Assembly (NCBI GenBank): GCA_965140445.1
Contig: OZ223236.1
Span: 4,775,191 to 4,839,190 of the forward strand
Direction: 5' to 3'
DNA length: 64,000 nt
Source: Candidatus Ozemobacteraceae bacterium
Lineage (GTDB): Bacteria > Muiribacteriota > Ozemobacteria > Ozemobacterales > Ozemobacteraceae
Made by a program: the position numbers and the translations under genes. A model generated the notes under the pieces. The model did not search any database. It saw only the letters and a program-made list of their open reading frames with translations, and was not told the origin of the DNA. Position 1 is the stretch's first letter. Every line of letters starts with the position of its first letter. Positions 49,801 through 56,333 of the stretch are shown piece after piece.

Positions 49801-52728
49801 TTTATGAGGAGTTTGGGCAAACTCGTCAAAAAAGGTTGTTGCCCCAACAGTTGCAGTAGCAACAGCATGAATGGTTGCCGTTCCAACAGGTGAATCATCC
49901 CACACATTTACAGAAAAAGTGGCAAGGATGGTCCCTCCAGGAGGAATAGAAGCAGGGAGAGCGGGTGATACTAAAGTAGAAGTATAGCTACCAAGATCAA
50001 AAGTTAAATCTATTTCGTCCAGGTCGACTGCCCCAGAATAAAAATTTCTGACTTCTACACTTACTTCTATATTATCCTGCCCCTGGGAAACTCCCTGCGG
50101 CGTATTTGCTGAAATAGTATCGATCGAAATACCACCGTATATGAGTCGCACTTCATCGAGATAAGGCAAAGCACCATTTGCACGTCGCTGAAACTCTACT
50201 TTATACTGCAAAAATCGCAGATCTGGAGAAGGAATTGCAGCAGAACCGTTAGTGTTGCTGGTTGCAATCGTAGACCATCCGCTCCATCCGCCAAGTTCTG
50301 GCAATGCCGTTGGACCTGTGCGAACCGAGTATTTCAGTTGCCCGTCAGCGCCGCCCGTTGCCCAATATTGCAAAGTTTGCCAATCAGGATTTGAGGTTCG
50401 CGAATCAAAAACCATAGACTGAAATTCTGCTACTGAAACCTGGGTTCCGACATTACCACCAATGATAGTTCCAACAGTATAGTTACCTCTAAATGCGTCC
50501 ATGCACTGGTAAAATGCAGTTGAAGAGTTTGCAATACCAATATTTAAAGGGGTATTTGTCATGTAGCGGGTGCCATCAGAGTTGCTTATCCCAACAGTGT
50601 GGTCTGGATCAATGTTTACTGGCTTATCCCAGACCGTTGGTCCAATAAGTCCCCTGGGGCTTAAATATCTATAGCGAAGAGCAATGTCACCTGTTTCATA
50701 AATAACTGTCTGAACGTAATAAATGTCATCAGTAGCGTTGTATCTATTACAGTTCCAGCTAAAAACAACTCTGGTCGGGTCAGACAAATCATCTCGATAC
50801 AAACCGGCATCATCCAATCCTTGCACCATCAAATCCACCCAGATTGGGGCGATAATCTTGTTAAAGCCGCCGCCAATAAATTCATTCCAGGTATTTGTAT
50901 AATCCCCATCCTGGTTTCGAGCCATATTACCGTTGATATTTAAACACCAGGTGTTTTGCAAATTAGTTCCGTAAAAATAAAAGGGAAATGGTAGATTAAA
51001 ATAGGGAGTATAACCATCATCCGTATTGGTTGTTGCCAACCCTAGAGCGGCACCATTAGGAGCATTTTCCGGCCCTGCCGGCATATTTTTTCGCGTATAA
51101 TAGGGAGTCCATTCGTTAATAGAAATATCCCCAGAGTTCATAACAAATCCGTATGCGGGATCTGCAACTCCGGTATTCCCCCAGTAAACCCAGAAAGTCC
51201 TTTTTTCTCCCCTGGCCATATTAACAAGGAAAACAATATCCGGACCAGTTGTGCTGGTATTCAAATTATATCTAGGCAGTTCATTTCCCTTATCATCAGA
51301 AACTCTGATTTCATTGACGCTGCCCATTTGTCCTGCAGGAATAGTCAGCTGAATTCTGCATGGGGCGTTTATTCTTTCAGTTACACCCGGCTCTGTAACC
51401 TCAACAGGAACTGAATATCGCCAGTAACCAGCCCCACCTGTGCCAGAAAAATTCTTTGGATATACCCTACCAGGATTAGTGGTTAAATCTATCTGATCTA
51501 AAACTCTGGCGTTATTGAAAAATGTCTGTGATGCTGTATCTGTCAAGACCTGATCTCTTCTAGATAAAAATCCATCGCTGAAACCAGAACTTTGCACCGC
51601 ACCAAGAAGATCAACAACACGTGCACCGCAGTAATAGGTTGTTCCGCTAGCCAACGTCAGCCCCGTGAATACGGCATGGTCTGAAAGTCCTACATCTGTC
51701 CACGGCACCACATCATCGCTTCCCGGAGATGTTCCAACACACGCATCATACCTTAGAATAGAAGCAGGAACGTGAGGCCAATTAGATTCAACCCTATCCT
51801 CAAAAAACGAATATGCTATATCTGGACCCAAACCGTCATTCACAATAAACTTTAATACCATAGCTTCAGGAGAATAAGGCGAAACCACTCCACCTGAATC
51901 TACATCTGTGACAACGTAATAAACAATAGGCGCAGAAAGCGGAGATGTGTCTGTATAACTATTGGTATTCGTAACCGCAATCTGAGTATAAGGGCCGCCA
52001 GAAGTAGTGCTTCTGTAAACTCTATAAGGCGAGGTTCCATGAAGAGTTACCGCATTACTGGTGCTGGGATTCCATGTAAGATCTATATTACTTCCGTTTG
52101 GAGTGGCAACCAGACCGGATGGACTCATGTTTAGACTACAGTTATCCCAGTAAACAGCTGTTTCTTCACCATTATCCGCCTGAATATGAAGATAAATACG
52201 ATATAAAAAAGAACCAACCGGGTCAACCAATGATGTGACGACGTCAGATTGCCAGCCGACATGTCTTGAATCCCAATTGGTTGTGTTCTCAGAAAAAAAA
52301 GTAACCGCAACTGTTTCATTAGGGTATCCAGCACTTCCATCAATTCGAAGTGTGCCAGCCAGATCAAAGTTATCATAAACACCTGTATATATATCTCGAT
52401 GATCAAACCGAATCCGAACATAAGCCTGATCAATTGGCCCAGGAAAGGATTGTTCAAATATAAGATCAGAATCTCTATTCCAATTGTTACCCCGGAAGTA
52501 ACAGTAATAAGAACCCACAGGATTCCCGTCTGCGTTTGTCCATGTGTAGGTATTCATATTGGAGTTATTATCAAATACTCTGTGATCAATAGTCCAACCA
52601 TTGGTGTTAGTAGTTAAACCAGTGTTTTGTAGTTGCTCAAGCGCACATACCCGCGCCGCTGGCAACAAAAACAAGACAGCCAGGCAAAGCAAAACTCCCA
52701 ATGTGGAAACTCTAAAATTAGTTTTCAT
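43798..52728 (-). CDS. Giant secreted multi-domain protein (2976 aa): jelly-roll, FN3, DUF2341-like and NIDO-like modules, CARDB-like repeats, about 7-8 ASH/choice-of-anchor-D-like Ig repeats, C-terminal CBM4_9-like jelly-roll
   Basis: Signal peptide MKTNFRVSTLGVLLCLAVLFLLPAARVCA and a single uninterrupted ORF. Recurrent modules are described in the findings. Confidence 0.85.
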   Translation of the reverse strand: MKTNFRVSTLGVLLCLAVLFLLPAARVCALEQLQNTGLTTNTNGWTIDHRVFDNNSNMNTYTWTNADGNPVGSYYCYFRGNNWNRDSDLIFEQSFPGPIDQAYVRIRFDHRDIYTGVYDNFDLAGTLRIDGSAGYPNETVAVTFFSENTTNWDSRHVGWQSDVVTSLVDPVGSFLYRIYLHIQADNGEETAVYWDNCSLNMSPSGLVATPNGSNIDLTWNPSTSNAVTLHGTSPYRVYRSTTSGGPYTQIAVTNTNSYTDTSPLSAPIVYYVVTDVDSGGVVSPYSPEAMVLKFIVNDGLGPDIAYSFFEDRVESNWPHVPASILRYDACVGTSPGSDDVVPWTDVGLSDHAVFTGLTLASGTTYYCGARVVDLLGAVQSSGFSDGFLSRRDQVLTDTASQTFFNNARVLDQIDLTTNPGRVYPKNFSGTGGAGYWRYSVPVEVTEPGVTERINAPCRIQLTIPAGQMGSVNEIRVSDDKGNELPRYNLNTSTTGPDIVFLVNMARGEKRTFWVYWGNTGVADPAYGFVMNSGDISINEWTPYYTRKNMPAGPENAPNGAALGLATTNTDDGYTPYFNLPFPFYFYGTNLQNTWCLNINGNMARNQDGDYTNTWNEFIGGGFNKIIAPIWVDLMVQGLDDAGLYRDDLSDPTRVVFSWNCNRYNATDDIYYVQTVIYETGDIALRYRYLSPRGLIGPTVWDKPVNIDPDHTVGISNSDGTRYMTNTPLNIGIANSSTAFYQCMDAFRGNYTVGTIIGGNVGTQVSVAEFQSMVFDSRTSNPDWQTLQYWATGGADGQLKYSVRTGPTALPELGGWSGWSTIATSNTNGSAAIPSPDLRFLQYKVEFQRRANGALPYLDEVRLIYGGISIDTISANTPQGVSQGQDNIEVSVEVRNFYSGAVDLDEIDLTFDLGSYTSTLVSPALPASIPPGGTILATFSVNVWDDSPVGTATIHAVATATVGATTFFDEFAQTPHKWWVRSKANLVITQVETYPTHVNKGQNGIPVRIYFENQGETPYTFDVASLTFTLGTYTQLITSPALGTVINGLSSFTATVTVNILPVNPSGVAIIGATASGTNTFSGKLTEDLVASITDSWTIQNPAQLVIEEVTASSTVYRGQTNTPVFIRVSNPGEAIANWTSSDLLSHFSLGTYDDVYANTVFPLAIPGGLETKARYGVDISPVSATGTSVVDADVTGTDNNTLFPISYSNALLPASWTILAEKINSYKDASFLYPSASFNKPTVGTTEVYAKGEDLLPWGEFVVRWLDPFGVEVASSSPLTANASGTLYHEYSLSPASPYGDWAIQITNPIGTIVSCENKFEVVSPAALTISMLLPSTVSVGQPFIASLTFINSGGAEISSGYASTLQLNGPGTVSTTGGPNPAVINVAGNSQATMTWNFSALTPGNFSASATAYGFDANSNDFLTSPAVTSNICLIQTPPSLSVQNVSAVPTVVYLNQKNLQVTVDVRNNGQSTAVVDVASLSFTLGTFGQVLTSPALPLSIPSGVTTTLTYDVSVAPDSATGLSNFSAEIQYYDSNWPASTTLLNALTPNDSWTIDPVGIVLSADSDFDPLQDNFNRTQTVYIRASGLTPGSQWYRIRLYNSMIPQAGTGPTGWENVSPPLAADVNGYVDYLRTLPVTAAIGDWSVIIEDDADSSSTTRGNMLGLQYFKVQNQGNLTTDLTITPASVFVGENFTVTMVATNTVVNGSTIASAVPSLLTLAGGAVGDAELVSGPTPTYVDVVAQDSQQITWEYKATQDTGLAGNYSLTGDAAFSLQGRDLNTNATVTSNLATSNNLVIYRRAMDLSSATLDFGSILCGDATMENTGVDNTGNYPLDDVQWITTDLNGPGSEKIGKANLSFSPSPVGAIAAGGSVAASGSLFVPYNQPAGTYIATMSLFNDRNANSSFDIDEVYDLFQFIVTVPPCKRIFIVNDKIDLGGWSIGETTSEKQLFAFSGGNLPLDNLKFKQITATNTFPIFLNPVNPGPLAKTGSIVASVSSTISVGPNGSYIATWTLWNDENSDDIVDASEASDTFQVSVQVGGKSFSLLPSPVDAGIGTPSTVVTGFGPTLNNTGMLALNKLKSIFSPLTDGLGNEIASSGIGINPAISLPINAGDSVPVEMRLFVPAGTAAGLFSGTQVIFEDNNLNGVWDPSEASATFVLQVDVPLVRLIQVLIPTVDIGGVAPGNSRTVSFPCRNIGNVTLTDLRWEKQNLVSGANTVPSAQVNFPPAEPFTVAAGQFFNHDIQLTVPLGQTFGSYLSVAPNYWIYDDFNPANLTRNVDEAEYTFKVRCQIGEQKIDILEPSLVSPGDPNAQSTSILFNVKNTGSLSLSNPKATGTVLIPSAPGPINIPATRNVFVPSSLGAILSTQTKQGQWYVNIPANASAGIYLAQLTVWEDSNSNNQIDPAEATDTISLQLTVNSARVVDVVQTQLDLGWGSENTTVEGQIEVVNAGNVDLTEVRPLSADIIFGFTNIPAGNITFNPVSLGVLPVGASALATVTVVIDSNQADGTYTGNQRVYDDYNAANSLWDAAEEFDLFEILLRIGKKSVYETDPSNPAIDFGARNPGSSYSQSFTVYSGTSVPLSKVKWKIDSPLSIATYSMPVASLSFTPAGSFSIAGGGSRSCSAIVDVGNYTPPGQYVATASVWEDDNSDGNIQSAEASASFNVVVSINPVYQIDILDATLDFGQIAQGASVTKEIGFRNLGNTSLTNFNWSFSALNFGAFSIPDTDIVNPGNYSPDPVPPGAYGTSTVDIVPDPAQELGVYGPDGPQTLSAALPGSPSDVCDFICEVIAGDTGGINIASGSISQEIATTTFSALAPNNRFALSAWVCPGSGSASLAFVMADSAGEPVTTIGIKVLADGTVIPSAGLVDSGIVETVPFNHPDYPAETNMKFYRVFITFDLTYTEPMPFASTHIVLQNNSLGVGDPAAVWFDGVQLEKLSETGIPKPSSFHPAGHLISPTLEKTIGGDNSYYEW

Positions 52729-52794
52729 TGCTAACTCCTAACCGGTACCCTTCTCTTCTTTAAGTTTAGCTGGCAAAAGCTAATTTCTGCAAGC

Positions 52795-53349
52795 CTAGGA
52801 CTTGCTTTTCCAATCCTTGATAAAAGCCAGAATCTGCCATGCCCCAATTAAAACCAAAACTAAAGCCAGTATTCCCTTCCAAAACTGGGTTTGACTTTCA
52901 ACCTTATCTAGATACATAGAATGCCGATTGACCTGACTAAAATCATTATTCTTCTTTGCAAGCTCCAGATAGATTTTTCTTGTTTCCATATCACCCGGAC
53001 TTGCGTTCAGTTGTTGCTCAAGAATAGTTTTTGCATCTTGATAGTCCATGGTCAAAACCTCAGTTTTTGGATCCACATCTAACTTTTGCTTTGTTTCTTT
53101 TGATGGGGAAGAATCAAGCCAGGCTGGGCGACCAATAGACGGGCGAACAGATTTTGCCTGCAGCCAGAAAGTTTTCGCACGATCCAAATCACCGGCATCA
53201 CGAGCTTCCATAGCCTTTCTGAGAAAAAACGAAACCCGTCCGTCTACACCATTTTTTATAAATGGCTGCTGAGCAGATGTTAGCGCTGTAAAAAAAATTA
53301 GCGCAACAAAAATCAGGGGCAGTACCCCTTTGTGTAAATTTCTATACAA
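52795..53349 (-). CDS. Hypothetical bitopic protein (signal peptide, TPR-like helices, C-terminal TM)
   Basis: 184 aa, 66 nt upstream of the giant gene on the same strand. Confidence 0.5.
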   Translation of the reverse strand: MYRNLHKGVLPLIFVALIFFTALTSAQQPFIKNGVDGRVSFFLRKAMEARDAGDLDRAKTFWLQAKSVRPSIGRPAWLDSSPSKETKQKLDVDPKTEVLTMDYQDAKTILEQQLNASPGDMETRKIYLELAKKNNDFSQVNRHSMYLDKVESQTQFWKGILALVLVLIGAWQILAFIKDWKSKS

Positions 53350-53464
53350 TAACTGGCCTTCTTACCCTATTCTTTTCTCATTACATTGTAACACAATTGA
53401 CTTATTTTTTCCCACATAAAACGTTGCCTTTTAATAGATATCAACCTCTTCTAAAATGGCAAAA

Positions 53465-53493
53465 TTGATAAAATCTCATCTTGGGAGTATAAT
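53465..53493 (+). promoter_or_regulatory. Sigma-70-type promoter for the tandem GalT-like genes
   Basis: TTGATA (53465..53470), 17-nt spacer, TATAAT (53488..53493). RBS CAGGAGGG precedes ATG 53528. Confidence 0.55.
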
Positions 53494-53527
53494 AGCCTGA
53501 GCTATCTGTCTGACAGGAGGGCATACA

Positions 53528-54529
53528 ATGCCTCAACTAAGAAAAGATCCGGTTACAAAACGCTGGGTAATCATCCTTCACGAACAGGATAAAAAACCAG
53601 AAGATTTCAAGAGAACATCTTCACCAAGACAATCTAATAATTGTCCGTTTTGCCCCGGAAATGAAGATAAAACACCAAATGAAGTAATGTCATATCGCGA
53701 ACCCGATACTCTTCCGAACCAAAAAGGCTGGGAGGTCAGGGTTATCCCAAATAAATTCCCTGCTCTTGAAATTGAAGGAGACCTTGATAGAACGGGACTC
53801 GGGCTTTACGACATGATGAACGGGATTGGGGCACACGAGGTCATTATTGAGTCCCCGGGCCACAATGACGGCTTCCACACATACAGCAAGGATCAGATTT
53901 TCAGGATTTTGAGAGCTTATACAGACAGATATAGAGACCTCAAAAGAGATAGAAGATTCAGGTACATCCTGATTTTTAAAAATCATGGGGAAGCAGCGGG
54001 CGCTAGTCTTGACCACCCCCATTCACAGCTGATAGCTACGCCGATTATTCCCAAACGAGCCATGGAAGAAATTGAAGGAGCAAGACGCTACTATTATTAT
54101 AAAGAACGCTGCGTTTTCTGTGATGTAATACGCCAGGAACTTAGCTCCGGAAAAAGAATCATTCACGAAAATGAGAATTTTGTTGCCTTTGCTCCATTTG
54201 CGTCTCGTTTCCCTTTCGAAACCTGGATCGCTCCCAAAGAGCATAAAGACTCATTTGGCGACATTGATAATAATGAAATTGAAGGATTAGCAGACATTAT
54301 GAAAGGCACGCTTTCAAAGCTTGTAAAAGCGCTGGGCAATCCACCTTTCAACTATATAATTCACACTGCACCCTGTGATGAGCATTGCTCAGACTACTTC
54401 CACTGGCATCTTGAAATCATGCCACGATTAACGAAAGTGGCTGGTTTTGAATGGGGATCTGGATTCTACGTGAACCCCATGCCACCAGAAAAAGCAGCAG
54501 AATACCTATTGAAAGTCAGCAAAGAATAA
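53528..54529 (+). CDS. GalT-family (HIT superfamily) hexose-1-phosphate nucleotidyltransferase/phosphorylase, paralog 1
   Basis: 333 aa. Zn motif CPFCPGNE, NKFPAL, and active site DHPHSQLIATP (H-x-H-x-Q). Confidence 0.85.
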   Translation: MPQLRKDPVTKRWVIILHEQDKKPEDFKRTSSPRQSNNCPFCPGNEDKTPNEVMSYREPDTLPNQKGWEVRVIPNKFPALEIEGDLDRTGLGLYDMMNGIGAHEVIIESPGHNDGFHTYSKDQIFRILRAYTDRYRDLKRDRRFRYILIFKNHGEAAGASLDHPHSQLIATPIIPKRAMEEIEGARRYYYYKERCVFCDVIRQELSSGKRIIHENENFVAFAPFASRFPFETWIAPKEHKDSFGDIDNNEIEGLADIMKGTLSKLVKALGNPPFNYIIHTAPCDEHCSDYFHWHLEIMPRLTKVAGFEWGSGFYVNPMPPEKAAEYLLKVSKE

Positions 54530-54544
54530 AGTCAGGAGAAAACC

Positions 54545-55546
54545 ATGCCACAGCTACGCAAAGACCCGGTCTTAAAACAGTGGGTAATTATTTCCCCTGA
54601 AAGGGGCAAACGCCCTTCAGATTTCAAGAAAACAAAAAAATCCGATGACGATGCAAAGGATTGTCCATTTTGCCCCGGCAATGAAACCGCGACTCCAGAG
54701 GAAACTCTCTCGTTTCGCACTGCCGGAACCGGCTCGAACGAACAGGGATGGTGGGTCAGAGTATTTCCAGATTCTTTACCGATCCTAACACCTGCTGAAG
54801 ATGCTGGCAGAGAAGGCATCGGAATGTTTGACGCCATGAATTCAATAGGAATCCATGAGGTAGTCGTTGAAACCCCCAACCACTTTTCCGGACTGCAATC
54901 CTCTACTCCAGAACAGGTAAGAGAAGTCATTTGGGCCTACAAACAACGTCTTGTAGAAATTAAGAAGAACCCAATGTTCAAACACTTTATGATTGTAAAA
55001 AACTCGGGAGAAGGTGTTTCGAACTTTTCTCATCCGCACTCACACATTGTTGCAACCCCTATCATTCCTAAAAGGATAGAAGAGGAGCTTGAGGGTTCCA
55101 GAGAATATTATCACTACCACGACAGATGCCTTTACTGCGACATGGTAAAACAAGAAGTAAAAGAACAGGTCCGCGTAGTTTTTGAGGACGACAAATTCCT
55201 GGTCTTCTGCCCATTCGCCTCAAGGTTCCCATTCGAAATGGGAATTATCCCCAAGGCTCACCACCCTTTCTTTGAAACCATAAATAACGATGGAGTACAC
55301 AGTTTTGCAAATGCTTTGCAGATTGCGCTAAAAAGGTTGGAAGCCCTGCTTCCAGGCCAGCCATACAACTTTGTTCTCCACACCTCCCCGTGCTCTGATG
55401 CCTATAAAGACTTCTACCACTGGCACATCGAGATTATCCCAAAATTAACCAAAATCGCCGGCTTCGAATGGGGCTCCGGATTTTACATCAATCCAACCAG
55501 CCCAGAGAACGCCGCAGAACTTTTAAGAGATGTAAAAATAGAATAA
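54545..55546 (+). CDS. GalT-family (HIT superfamily) paralog 2 with an H-x-H-x-H active-site motif
   Basis: 333 aa, collinear with paralog 1 without gaps. CPFCPGNE; active site SHPHSHIVATP; the NKFPAL equivalent has diverged to PDSLPIL. Confidence 0.8.
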   Translation: MPQLRKDPVLKQWVIISPERGKRPSDFKKTKKSDDDAKDCPFCPGNETATPEETLSFRTAGTGSNEQGWWVRVFPDSLPILTPAEDAGREGIGMFDAMNSIGIHEVVVETPNHFSGLQSSTPEQVREVIWAYKQRLVEIKKNPMFKHFMIVKNSGEGVSNFSHPHSHIVATPIIPKRIEEELEGSREYYHYHDRCLYCDMVKQEVKEQVRVVFEDDKFLVFCPFASRFPFEMGIIPKAHHPFFETINNDGVHSFANALQIALKRLEALLPGQPYNFVLHTSPCSDAYKDFYHWHIEIIPKLTKIAGFEWGSGFYINPTSPENAAELLRDVKIE

Positions 55547-55553
55547 TTTTTTC

Positions 55554-55582
55554 TTGACTCAATCCCCCCTTTATGCTAGAAT
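55554..55582 (+). promoter_or_regulatory. Sigma-70-type promoter for tRNA-Ala
   Basis: TTGACT (55554..55559), 17-nt spacer, TAGAAT (55577..55582); 14 nt before the mature 5' end. Confidence 0.5.
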
Positions 55583-55596
55583 TGTTGTTACCAAAT

Positions 55597-55669
55597 GGGG
55601 CTGTGGCGCAGTTGGGAGCGCGTTTGAATGGCATTCAAAAGGTCGTCGGTTCGATCCCGATCAGCTCCA
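55597..55669 (+). tRNA. tRNA-Ala (anticodon GGC)
   Basis: A 73-nt cloverleaf folded by hand. Acceptor GGGGCTG/CAGCTCC carries the G3:U70 alanine identity pair. D stem GCGC/GCGC. Anticodon stem TTTGA/TCAAA with loop AT-GGC-AT. T arm GTCGG-TTCGATC-CCGAT. Discriminator A; followed by CCG, so CCA is not fully encoded. Confidence 0.9.
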
Positions 55670-55715
55670 CCGAAAACCCGAAATCTGCAAAGATTTCGGG
55701 TTTTTTGGTTTTAGG
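55653..55715 (+). repeat. Direct repeat copy 1 (attL-like): tRNA-Ala positions 57-73 plus the downstream terminator
   Basis: 61 of 63 nt identical to 61493..61555 (offset 5840; mismatches at 55693 and 55704). Confidence 0.85.
55677..55706 (+). terminator. Rho-independent terminator after tRNA-Ala
   Basis: Perfect 9-bp stem CCCGAAATC/GATTTCGGG, loop TGCAAA, then T6. Confidence 0.8.
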
Positions 55716-56333
55716 TTTGTTTTGCCATATTTTTAATGAAACCATTGCGCTTGCAATAAGCAAGCTTGCCCTTATACTGGCATCAGATACTCTTCCGGAA
55801 TCCAAAAATTAAGTAATTTTGTGAATACAATAACGGATTGGCTGAAGGACACATCAATAAAATTAAGGTAATCAAAAGAATAATGTACGAAAAATGCAGC
55901 TTCAACACCCTAAAAAAGAAGTCTTTACTGATTCAACAATGCAGCTAATTCAACTAACCATGGAAAGAACCGAAAAATTACTTGCCATTTACAATTCAAG
56001 TTTATTCAGCGCAAAATTAGCTTTCCAGAAGACTTTAAATATCATCATGATCAGTATCTTAAACCATTAACCATTAGATTAAACAATGACCATCATCTCA
56101 GAAAGCTGCTAGTAAATAAAATAAATGAATCAAACAACATTGGAGAGAGAATTTCTTTCCTGTCCATAATGATTCCTTACTTAAGTCGAGACTTTCTAAA
56201 AAATCGCTTTGAAAAAGATGAGTTTGACTGCTTGGGCTATAGTATTTTGTCAAACAAAATTGTATCCCTCCGCGAATTATATAATTCTGCATTAGTTTCA
56301 TAAATGTTCATTCAGGTTTTATTAATAAAGGAT

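Noticed and set aside
43798-52728. Nucleotide-level tandem repeats or assembly collapse in the giant gene.
   Set aside because: The modules are similar only at the protein-motif level. I saw no long identical DNA repeats, so I treat it as one genuine ORF.
54532-54930. 132-aa minus-strand ORF overlapping the start of GalT paralog 2. The same applies to other antisense ORFs inside long genes, for example 559..963, 3687..4037, 8715..9086, 16665..17039, 18069..18509, 20086..20460, 25882..26244, 32004..32375, 35794..36156, 58410..58784 and 61772..62287.
   Set aside because: Each lies entirely within a gene that has clear family motifs on the opposite strand. They are low-complexity or compositionally odd and lack RBSs, which is typical of shadow ORFs in AT-rich DNA.
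55554-55812. ORFs 55554..55736 and 55573..55812 (+), and 61448..61639 (+), which share the peptide DPDQLHRKPEICK.FGF.GFR.
   Set aside because: They run straight through the tRNA-Ala gene, its terminator and the duplicated att-like repeat. The shared peptide is simply the translated direct repeat, not a protein family.
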